Shown: positions 55,373 to 64,000 of the stretch, in pieces
Numbering within the stretch: position 1 is the stretch's first letter
How the letters are laid out: each line of letters starts with the position of its first letter
Source: Catajapyx aquilonaris
Taxonomy: Eukaryota
Direction of reading: 5' to 3'
Length of the DNA stretch: 64,000 bases
Assembly: GCA_000934665.2 (NCBI GenBank)
Contig: KZ538191.1
Coordinates: forward strand, 62,001 to 126,000
Notes under the pieces: generated by a model
What the model saw: only the letters and a program-made list of their open reading frames with translations
What the model was told of the DNA's origin: nothing
Databases searched by the model: none
Program-made: the position numbers and the translations under genes

Positions 55373-57672
55373 GCGTATAGCAAATAGCGGTGGCAAGTCG
55401 CAGCTATTTCGCTAACCGCTCTTACAAGCAGTTATTGCGAACAATCGGCGAAATTGACTTCTAGCAGTGACGCGATATACGACCCGCTCTGGAAAATGGC
55501 AGTTTACTTGATAAATATTTTCTGAAGTTTTGTTGGCTGTTGATTGCCTTTGATTGATACGAGCCGCACCTTTGCCAGGCAGCTCTGCTCGCATCACCTT
55601 CCGCATTGCCTCCTGCAGGACCTGGAGGAGCTGGAGTTGGTTTGGAACTGGTTCGGCAAGAAGAAGGTAATAAAGGTCACATTCCATTCGCTTCATGCTG
55701 CCACATTCCAATTTTATGGTTCAGTACTTTCATTTTGTGTCCAAAGTAAAACTGCATCGATGTGAATTACTCATGAAGACATTCAATTTCAGAATGATGT
55801 CGTCGCTAGCCGTGAAGATTGAGCCTGAGGAAAGCGACGGCGAGATTCAAGGGGAGATTATCACCAGCACAGAGGATATCTGGATGAAGTGCGAGTTGAA
55901 GGAAGAGACCCAGCTTGAAGAAGAATGGCATGTAACGGAGGTGTCTGCATTTCAAGAAAATGCTGCCGTGGTCAAGATGGAGGCAACAGAGGAAGAGGCA
56001 ATAATGGTAACAGCACCAGAGTATCTTGCGGACATTGATGACCCATTACAGCTGGATCCTGTTGGGACTCCCAAATTCAACGTATCATTACCCCCACATT
56101 CAGCTCTTACTCCCAACACGGATGCCAATCATAAGCGTAAAACATATTACTGTTATGAATGTTCTGAATCATACGAAACTATTGAAGAAGTAAACCATCA
56201 CCTGAAGGTCCACGAGAGCCGCTATGGTTGTGTTTTGTGCCAGAAAAAGTGTTTTTCTCAGAATGGGTTGGCTGCGCATCTCAGGACCCACAACTGCAAC
56301 AATGTTTGCGATGTGTGCCACAAACAGCTTTCATCCTATGACAGTTTACGTAAGCATCGTAAGTGCCACATGGTTGGAAAAAATTTTGTATGTGAATTTT
56401 GTGACGAATCATTTGTGGAACAGGAGTCATTAGCTTCACACATCAAGCGTCACACTGGGGAAAGTCCGTTCACATGTGATGTCTGTGGCAGAAAATTTGA
56501 TCTCCTGGCTCACTGTATTATCCATAGGCGGACACACTTCGACAAGAAATCTTTCTCAGGCACCAAGCCTCAAAAGTCCATTGTGAGTGAAGGTCATAAA
56601 AAGGTTGTACGCTGTGGTCCAAAAATACTTGCACGTGACAAGAGTGAAGAGACTTGCAATGACACTTTTGATAAACATGGGAGGGCAGACACTGACAAGA
56701 ACATTTCAAAATGTGGATTATGTAGGAGATCATTTGATCAGTACGAAGACAAAATTAACCATGTTTGTAAAAAACTTGTATGCGAGTTTTGTGAAGAGTC
56801 ATTCATGGAACAGGATTCATTAGCATCGCACATCAAGAGCCACACTGGGGAAAGTCCATTCACATGTATTTTCTGCGGAAAAAAATTTGATGTCCTCGCA
56901 AGATTTATTATACACAGGAGGACACACATTGACAAGAAATCTCGTACAGGCACCAAGCCTCAAAAGGCGAGTGAAGGTCAAAGAAAGACTAAGAGATAAA
57001 CATGGGAGGGCAGACTCTTGACAAGAAGATTTCAAAGTGCGAATTTTGTGGGAGATAATTTGATCAGTACGAAGAGATAATTCACCATATTGGTAAGGGA
57101 CATGCTAGGGAAAAAACCTGTTCTTGTAAAACGTCTCATTTTTGTGAGGACTGAGGAGTGTGGAGTAATCTTTAGTGCATAGCAAAAACTTATGCAGCGC
57201 AAGAGACACTACAGTAAGCATGTCTGCTTGCATTTCTCACTGCTCTGCAGGTGAACAGGCAGATCTGAATCCTGGTGAGAAAACGTGCTCAGAATGTCAA
57301 AGGTGTCGATATTGTTCAAACTATAAAGAAAATGTACAAATTGCTTTTGCTATATTTTGCTTGGTTGCGACTTGCACTAAACTGAAACATCCTGTATGCA
57401 GTGAAAACTTGGCCATTATAAAGTTTTTCAATTATCTCTGATGTATGATTTTCCATACATTGTTGCACTGACCCAGTCCCAAGGTCACAGATGGAATTTA
57501 TCGATTGTTTACCCCAGCAATGAGTTCAAAGAAGAAACCACAATATTACAAAGTGAGTAAATGTGACACAGGTTCTGATGCTTTTTCTCTCAACAATTAA
57601 AGTGCAAAGTAGGTTGACTTATTGCGGGAGAGTGTCTGCAGAATATATGCAGAAACATATGCTAGAACGGTG
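55373..57672 (+). repeat. Tandem duplication unit A (promoter + ZNF-3 + 3' flank)
   Basis: Collinear, high-identity match to 58044-60391 and 60405-62231, including non-coding DNA. Confidence 0.92.
55794..56999 (+). CDS. C2H2 zinc-finger protein ZNF-3, 401 aa, 7 fingers + 1 partial
   Basis: The ATG follows acceptor TTCAATTTCAG|A (predicted 5'UTR intron 55667-55792, donor AAG|GTAATA). Acidic N-terminus ending IDDPL; C2H2 fingers with TGESP linkers. Confidence 0.92.
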   Translation: MMSSLAVKIEPEESDGEIQGEIITSTEDIWMKCELKEETQLEEEWHVTEVSAFQENAAVVKMEATEEEAIMVTAPEYLADIDDPLQLDPVGTPKFNVSLPPHSALTPNTDANHKRKTYYCYECSESYETIEEVNHHLKVHESRYGCVLCQKKCFSQNGLAAHLRTHNCNNVCDVCHKQLSSYDSLRKHRKCHMVGKNFVCEFCDESFVEQESLASHIKRHTGESPFTCDVCGRKFDLLAHCIIHRRTHFDKKSFSGTKPQKSIVSEGHKKVVRCGPKILARDKSEETCNDTFDKHGRADTDKNISKCGLCRRSFDQYEDKINHVCKKLVCEFCEESFMEQDSLASHIKSHTGESPFTCIFCGKKFDVLARFIIHRRTHIDKKSRTGTKPQKASEGQRKTKR

Positions 57673-57842
57673 GTTTCAGAAGACCCATAATTTTGGTTGA
57701 AAATGCAACATATTTCATGTCATAATAAGAAAACAACCAAAATCGAGGTTAAGAATCAAATATATTTAATGTACAAGTTGCATAGTGCAATTAGTTTTCC
57801 AGATAATATATAGGACAAGATGGAAGATAATATAAACATTAA

Positions 57843-57940
57843 ATTTCATATTGTCAGCAGGTAATTTCTTACATAAGGAATTACCTGCTGACAATATGAA
57901 ATATAGAGAGCTTAACTCATATGAGTTTAGCTCTCTACAT
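57843..57940. repeat. Two abutting near-perfect palindromes
   Basis: 57843-57902: 29-bp arms, 2-nt loop, 1 mismatch. 57901-57940: 20-bp arms, no loop, 2 mismatches. Confidence 0.9.
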
Positions 57941-58043
57941 AGAGCTTATTGAAGCAGAAGTTTCCAACATTTTGCAAAATAATTTTTTGGAAATATTTGA
58001 GCAGTCCATCTGACAGTGGCCGTATTAGAATATAAAATAATTC

Positions 58044-60391
58044 GCGTATAGCAAATAGCGGTGGCAATTCGCAGCTATTTACCTAACCGCTCTCACAAGC
58101 AGTATTGTCAGTAACCTGCGAGATTGGCTTATAACAGTGATGCGACATATGACCCGCTCTGGAAAATGGCAGTTTACTTGATAAAATATTCATTCTTTTG
58201 TGGGCTGTTGAATGCCTTTGATTGATACAAGCCACACCTTTGCCAGGCAGCTCTGCTCGCATTACCTTCCGCATTGCCTCCTGCAGGACCTGGAGTTGGT
58301 TTGGAACTGGTTCGGCAAGAAGAAGGTAATAAAGGTCGCATTCTATTCCCTTCATGCTGCCACATTCCAATTTTATGTTTCAGTACTTTCATTTTGTGGG
58401 CAAAGTAAAAACTGCATTGATGTGAATTACTCATAAAGACATTCAATTTCAGAATGATGTTGTCGATGGGCGTGAAGATTGAGCCTGAGGAAAGCGACGG
58501 CGAGATTCAAGGCAAGATCCTCACCAGCATAGAGGATATCAGGATGAAGTGCGAGTTGAAGGAAGAAACCCAGCTTGAAGAAGAATGGAATGTAACGGAG
58601 GTGTCTGCATTTGAAGAAAATGCTGCAGTGGTCAAGATGGAGGCAACAGAGGAAGAGGCAATGGTAACAGCACCAGAGTATCTTGTGGACATTGATGACC
58701 CATTACAGCTGGATCCTGTTGGGACTCCCAAATTCAACGTATCATTACCCCCACATTCAGCACTTACTCCCAACACGGATGCCAATCATAAGCGTAAAAC
58801 ATATTACTGTTATGAATGTTCTGAATCATATGAAACACTTGAAGAAGTACAAGATCACCTGAAGGTCCACAATGCTCCCAATGTTTGTGACTTGTGCCAG
58901 AAAAAGTTTTTTTCTCAGAATGGGTTGGCTGCGCATGTGAGGATCCACCACTGTAACAATACTTGCGATTTGTGCCACAAACAGTTTACATCCTATCAGA
59001 GTGTCCGTGAGCATAGGAAGCGCCACAGAATTGGGAAAATAATTGCATGTGAATTTTGTGAAGAGTCATTCATGGAACACGATTTAGTATCACACATCAA
59101 AGGTCACACTGGGGAAAGTCCGTTCACGTGTGATGTCTGTGGCAGACAATTTGATCTCCTGGCTCTATGTATTATCCATAGGCGGAAACACTTTGGCAAG
59201 AACTCTCGTACAGGCACCAAGCCTAAAAAGACCATTGTTAGTAAAGGTCAAAAAAAGGTCATATACCGTGGTCCAAAAATACTTGCACGTGACAAGAGTG
59301 AAGAGACTTGCAATGACACTTTTGATAAACATGGGAGGGCAGACACTGACAAGAATATTTCAAAGTGTGGATTATGTAGGAGATTATTTGATCAGTGCGA
59401 AGACAAAATTAACCATGTTTGTAAAAAACTTGTATGCGAATTTTGTGAAGAGTCATTCATGGAACATGATTTAGTATCACACATCAAGGGCCACATTGGG
59501 GAAAGTCCTTTCACATGTAGTTTCTGTGGCAAAAAATTTGATGTCCTCGCAAGATTTATTATACACAGGAGGACACACATTGACAAGAAATCTCGCACAG
59601 GCACCAAGCCTCAAAAGGCGAGTGAAGGTCAAAGAAAGGCCGTATATCGTGGGCGGAAAATACTTGCACCTGACTAGAGTGAAGAGATGGGCAGTTAGAC
59701 TAGAGATAAACATGGGAGGGCAGACTCTTAACAAGAAGATTTCAAAGTGCGAATTTTGTGGGAGATAATTTGATCAGTACGAAGAGATAATTCACCATAT
59801 TTGTAAGGGACATGCTAGGGAAAAAACCTGTTCTTGTTAAACGACTCATTTTTGTGAGGACTGAGGAGTGTGGAGTAATCTTTAGTGCATAGCAAAAACT
59901 TATGCAGCGCAAGAGACACTACAGTAAGCATGTCTGCTTGCATTTCTCATTGCTCTGCAGGTGAACGGGCAGGTCTGAATCCTGGTGAGAAAACATGCTC
60001 AGAATGTCAAAGGTGTCGATATTGTTCAAACTATAAAGAAAATGTACAAATTGCTTTTGCTATATTTTGCTTGGTTGCGACTTGCACTAAACTGAAACAT
60101 CCTGTATGCAGTGAAAACTTGGCCATTATAAAGTTTTTCAATTATCTCTGATGTATGATTTTCCATACATTGTTGCACTGACCCAGTCCCAAGGTCCCAG
60201 ATGGAATTTATCGATTGTTTACCCCAGCAATGAGTTCAAAGAAGAAACCACAATATTACAAGGTGAGTAAATGTGACACATGTTCTGATGCTTTTTCTCT
60301 TAACAATTAAAGTGCATAGTAGGTTAATTAGGTTCACTTATTGCGGGAGAGGGTCTGCAGAATATTATGCAGAAAAGTATGCTCGAGGTGG
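58044..60391 (+). repeat. Tandem duplication unit B
   Basis: Matches units A and C. Confidence 0.92.
58454..59677 (+). CDS. C2H2 zinc-finger protein ZNF-4, 407 aa, paralogue of ZNF-3
   Basis: Same architecture as ZNF-3; predicted 5'UTR intron 58326-58452. Two fingers have C-x11-H spacing. Confidence 0.92.
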   Translation: MMLSMGVKIEPEESDGEIQGKILTSIEDIRMKCELKEETQLEEEWNVTEVSAFEENAAVVKMEATEEEAMVTAPEYLVDIDDPLQLDPVGTPKFNVSLPPHSALTPNTDANHKRKTYYCYECSESYETLEEVQDHLKVHNAPNVCDLCQKKFFSQNGLAAHVRIHHCNNTCDLCHKQFTSYQSVREHRKRHRIGKIIACEFCEESFMEHDLVSHIKGHTGESPFTCDVCGRQFDLLALCIIHRRKHFGKNSRTGTKPKKTIVSKGQKKVIYRGPKILARDKSEETCNDTFDKHGRADTDKNISKCGLCRRLFDQCEDKINHVCKKLVCEFCEESFMEHDLVSHIKGHIGESPFTCSFCGKKFDVLARFIIHRRTHIDKKSRTGTKPQKASEGQRKAVYRGRKILAPD

Positions 60392-60404
60392 TGTTTAATA
60401 TCAG

Positions 60405-62231
60405 ATAGCAAATAGCGGTGTCAAGTCGTAGCTGTTTTTCTAACCGCTCTTACAAGCAGTCATTGTCAGTAACCTGCGAAATTGGCTTCTAGCAGTGACG
60501 CGATATACGACCCGCTATGGAAAATGGCAGTTTACTTGATAAAAATATTCTCTGTTTTGTTGGCTGTTGAAAGCCTTTGATTGATACAAGCAGCATCTTT
60601 GCCAGGCAGCTCTGCTCGCATCACCTTCCGCATTGCCTCCTGCAGGACCTGGAGGACCTGGAGTTGGTTTGGAACTGGTTCGCCAAGAAGAAGGTAATAA
60701 AGGTCACATTCCATTCGTTTCATGTTGGCACATTCCAATTTAATGTCTCAGTACTTTCATTTTGTGTCCAAAGTAAAAACTGCATCGATGAGAATTACTC
60801 ATGAACACATTCAATTTCAGAATGATGTCGTCGATAGGTGTGAAGATTGAGCCTGAGGAAAGCGACGGCGAGATTCAAGGGGAGATTATCACCAGCACAG
60901 AGGATATCTGGATGAAGTGCGAGTTGAAGGAAGAGACCCAGCTTGAAGAAGAATGGAATGTAACGGCGGATTGGGCATTTGAAGAAAATGCTGCCGTGGT
61001 CAAGATGGAGGCAACAGAAGAAGAGGCAATGGTAACCGCACCAGAATATCTTGCGGACATTGATGACCCATTACAGCTGGAGCCTGTTGGGACTCACAAA
61101 TTCAACGTATCATTACCCCCACATTCAGCACTGACTACCAACATGGATGCCAATCATAAGCATAAATTATATTCCTGTTATGAATGTTCTAAATCATACG
61201 AAACACTGAAAGAAGTACACCATCACCTGAAGGTCCACAATGCTCCCAATGTTTGTGACTTGTGCCAGAAAAAGTTTTTTTCTCAGCATGGGTTGGCTGC
61301 GCATCTGAGGATCCACCACTGTAACAATACTTGCAATTTGTGCCACAAACAGTTTACATGCTATAAGAGTGTCCGTGAGCATAGGAAGCGCCACAGAATT
61401 GGGAAAATAATTGCATGTGAATTTTGTGAAGAGTCATTCATGGAACATGATTTAGTATCACACATCAAGGGACACATTGGGGAAAGTCCTTTCACATGTA
61501 GTTTCTGTGGCAAAAAATTTGATGCCCTCGCAAGATTTATTATACATAGGAGAGCACACATTGACAAGAAATCTCTTAACAGGCACCAAGCCTCAAAAGG
61601 CGAGTGAAGGTCAAGGAAAGGTCATATACCGTGGTCGGAAAATACTTGCAAGTGACTGGATTGCATGAGCAATTAGACTTGAGATAAACATGGGAGGGCA
61701 GACTCTAATGAGAAGAATTCAAAGTGTGGATTTTGTGGGAGGTACATGTATGAATAGTTAATTCATCATATTTGCAAGGGACATGCCAGCAAAAAAAACT
61801 TATTGCTATGAAACTTATTTTTGTGAGGAGCATGTGGTAATCTTTATGGTGTAGCAAGAACTTAAAACACCACAAGAGAATCTGTAAGACACTTTCAAGC
61901 ATGAAACATTTTTTTTCATTGCTGTTCAACTGAACAGACAGGTCTTAATCCTGCGGAAAAACACAAGCTCATGTCAATTATTGCATCAATATTTTTCAAA
62001 GTACAAAGCAACATCGGAAAAAACTTGTAATGCTTTACTCATTGCAACATACCCTTCTGAGACACAGAACCCAGATGCAGCGGAAACTCAGCTGTTAGAT
62101 GGTTTTTGATTTATTTAGGATATGTATGACTTTTAATACATAGTTGCACTGACCCAGCCCCAAGGTTACGGGCAGAATTTATTTATCATTTACCCCAATG
62201 AGTTCAAAGAAGAAACCGGAATTAAAAGTGA
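60405..62231 (+). repeat. Tandem duplication unit C
   Basis: Matches units A and B; the 3' flank is more diverged. Confidence 0.88.
60822..61607 (+). CDS. C2H2 zinc-finger protein ZNF-5, 261 aa, 5 fingers
   Basis: Paralogue with a single copy of the internal repeat; predicted 5'UTR intron 60694-60820. A 1-nt insertion near 61577 alters the tail after the last finger. Confidence 0.88.
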   Translation: MMSSIGVKIEPEESDGEIQGEIITSTEDIWMKCELKEETQLEEEWNVTADWAFEENAAVVKMEATEEEAMVTAPEYLADIDDPLQLEPVGTHKFNVSLPPHSALTTNMDANHKHKLYSCYECSKSYETLKEVHHHLKVHNAPNVCDLCQKKFFSQHGLAAHLRIHHCNNTCNLCHKQFTCYKSVREHRKRHRIGKIIACEFCEESFMEHDLVSHIKGHIGESPFTCSFCGKKFDALARFIIHRRAHIDKKSLNRHQASKGE

Positions 62232-62689
62232 GCCACAATAATTTTTAAAACCATTTTCAGGAAATTTTAGGGCATTCTGACCAACAGGTTCAGTTACCTC
62301 CATTTTACTCCCCCTTCTCTGCTTGCTAAAATCCCCTTCAGGCTATAGCAGGCCAACCCTTCTTTTCACAGTTAGTTTTGAGGAATTTTCTTCCATTCCT
62401 TCTACCTTTCTACCCTTTGATGCTACTAGGTTTTTAAAAACATTTGTATATCGAGTATGATTGCTCCAGATGTGAAGAAAATGTGCAGTACATTATGTTT
62501 GTGGCGAACCAGTGACTATATTGTGATTAGGGAATTTTTGAGCCCTTAGGGAACTACCTTGGCTCTGCTGAGAAATTTCAGGGGTGAACCAATTTTTTTT
62601 TAAGGTTTTTTCACCAGATGTCAACCCTGCTGGCCTTTGTTTCCGGATCTAGAGCTAGTCAGTATGCAGAAAATGGGCTGCGGGAGCAG

Positions 62690-62903
62690 AAGGTCCACGA
62701 AAAGGTCTTCTTTCGTCTGGTCGAAGAAGCACAAGCTGGCACACCGTCTTGCTCATCAGAGACGCTCGCTACAGTAAGTTTCTTTTATTGCACAGAGACC
62801 CTCCTGACGCAGGTGAAAGGAAAGTTCCCCAGGCGGGGATCGAACCTGGGGCCTTTCACTCAGCAAGCCGACACGTTACCATCTCGGCCATCTACACCTC
62901 CCC
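62690..62903 (-). mobile_element. tRNA-derived SINE
   Basis: The - strand head GGGGAGGTGTAGA-TGGCCGAGATGG (A box)...GGTTCGATCCC (B box) spans 62903-62828. There is no clean acceptor stem or T-run terminator, so a SINE is more likely than a tRNA. The 3' boundary is approximate. Confidence 0.7.
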
Positions 62904-63015
62904 ATATAATTATGTATAAATTATAATTCTTAAAATGAATATTGCTATCATCACTGCTGCTGCAAATCGCTGTTCTTTCTCTTAAACGCGATCTGCTCCA
63001 GTAGCCAGTTATAAC

Positions 63016-63062
63016 AGCAGTGACGCGATATATGACCGGGGGAAAATATGGCCGCCTCCAGT
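63016..63062 (+). promoter_or_regulatory. ZNF-6 promoter module
   Basis: AGCAGTGACGCGATATATGACC..AAAATATGGCCGCCTCCAGT. Confidence 0.55.
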
Positions 63063-63376
63063 GGACCTGTCGAAATATTTTTCTTTCCAATTCATTTCCT
63101 TTGACTGATCGAACCCTCGTTCCTGCTCTTGTTTTGGCCTTTCTCAGGTTATCCTCACCACCACCTGTTGCAGCATCTGGAGGTGTTGAAGTTGGGTTAG
63201 AATCGGCGGAAGGAAGGTGTATATTTTTGTCTGAAGCAAACAATTTTATTACTTGACATGCAGAGATTTGTGTGCTTGTAAATGTACATTTTAGCTCATC
63301 AAGGTACGAACAGTCTAATCATCATAATAATGGTAGATATTGAGTGGTGTAACAACCTGCATTTTTTTCCCCCAGA

Positions 63377-64000
63377 ATGTCTTCTGAAAAGGTGAAGATC
63401 AAAGTTGAGGAAGATGCGAGTGTCACGACGGAGGAGACTTGGCTGCTGCAGATGAAAAGAGAAGACGACGTTGGAGAAGATGAAAGGGAAGACGTGGAGG
63501 TAAAGAGGGAGACTGGCAAGGGAGAGGTTGAATTGGAAGGAGCAGACGAAGAAGAAGTGGCGGATGTGACAGACTTTTCCGAAGCCATTGACGACCCACT
63601 TCGAATAGACTCATGCGGAGTTGGCCAATCTCATCAAGACTCATTGATCTCATCCTGTCCGGTCGGTGATGCTGAAGGTGTACACCAAAGTTTCACCTAT
63701 GATGCATATCCCACACATGATCAATTATTAGTTCTACTAAAGAAAACACATGATACTGCCAGTGTGTGTCATATGCACAGTGTGGAATTTTCACCTGCGA
63801 ATGATGCATCAAAAGTGCAGGGTAATGAAAACATGTTTCAGTGTAAATTTTGCCCGCTATCATTTTCTGAGCAGCATTTGTTAAGTTCGCACTTGCGAGT
63901 CCATTGCCTTCCTTGTGATCTGTGCAATTGCTTGTGTTTAACCGAAAGTGCTTTAATTGACCATAGGAGGACACATACAGTCAAGGTGCTTTATGCATGT
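63377..64000 (+). CDS. C2H2 zinc-finger protein ZNF-6 (5' part; runs off the window and is absent from the ORF track)
   Basis: Acceptor TTTTTTTCCCCCAG|A-ATG, then 208 open codons: MSSEKVKIKVEED..IDDPL..FQCKFCPLSFSEQHLLSSHLRVH-CLP-CDLCNCLCLTESALIDHRRTH. Confidence 0.9.
   Translation, partial: MSSEKVKIKVEEDASVTTEETWLLQMKREDDVGEDEREDVEVKRETGKGEVELEGADEEEVADVTDFSEAIDDPLRIDSCGVGQSHQDSLISSCPVGDAEGVHQSFTYDAYPTHDQLLVLLKKTHDTASVCHMHSVEFSPANDASKVQGNENMFQCKFCPLSFSEQHLLSSHLRVHCLPCDLCNCLCLTESALIDHRRTHTVKVLYAC

Noticed and set aside
55695..55793. N-terminal extensions given by the ORF track for ZNF-3 (also 54028 and 60801)
   Set aside because: They lie within predicted introns and are not kept in ZNF-4; the starts follow the splice acceptor.
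55412..60804. Recurring small ORFs (MECGSMK.., ..IDTS.., MHSKNLC..) as a conserved peptide family
   Set aside because: They recur only because the DNA was recently duplicated; they overlap leaders, introns or 3' flanks, and several have non-ATG starts.
62828..62903. Functional tRNA gene
   Set aside because: A and B boxes are present, but acceptor and anticodon stems pair poorly and no T-run terminator follows; treated as a SINE head.
1..64000. CRISPR arrays, rRNA genes, operons or autonomous transposase/RT genes
   Set aside because: No regularly spaced repeats, rRNA signatures or long transposase/RT frames were seen; the sequence is eukaryotic.

Overview
Eukaryotic, arthropod-like (probably insect) genomic DNA from a short-read-type assembly; every N gap sits next to a G/C homopolymer. 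The window has two domains. (1) About 1-49.6 kb has no recognisable protein-coding gene. It is AT-rich sequence interleaved with homopolymer-rich patches and small non-autonomous DNA transposons. These include a three-layer nest at 42.65-43.93 kb: a Helitron-like repeat carrying two P-element-like inserts, one with an 8-bp TSD and one with a decayed THAP-like reading frame. (2) About 51-64 kb holds a head-to-tail cluster of six C2H2 zinc-finger paralogues on the + strand; the sixth runs off the window. They share a promoter module and an acidic N-terminus rich in psi-K-x-E (SUMO-consensus) motifs that ends in (D/Y)DPL. One member gains a THAP domain (the P-transposase-type DNA-binding fold) through an in-frame spliced first exon. 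Three members are recent tandem duplicates with internal finger duplication, mosaicism and independent truncations. The leading hypothesis, which is inference only, is a fast-evolving, SUMO-linked ZNF/THAP-ZNF repressor cluster that plays a KRAB/ZAD-like role and may target transposons. Gene structures are read from splice motifs and have no transcript support.
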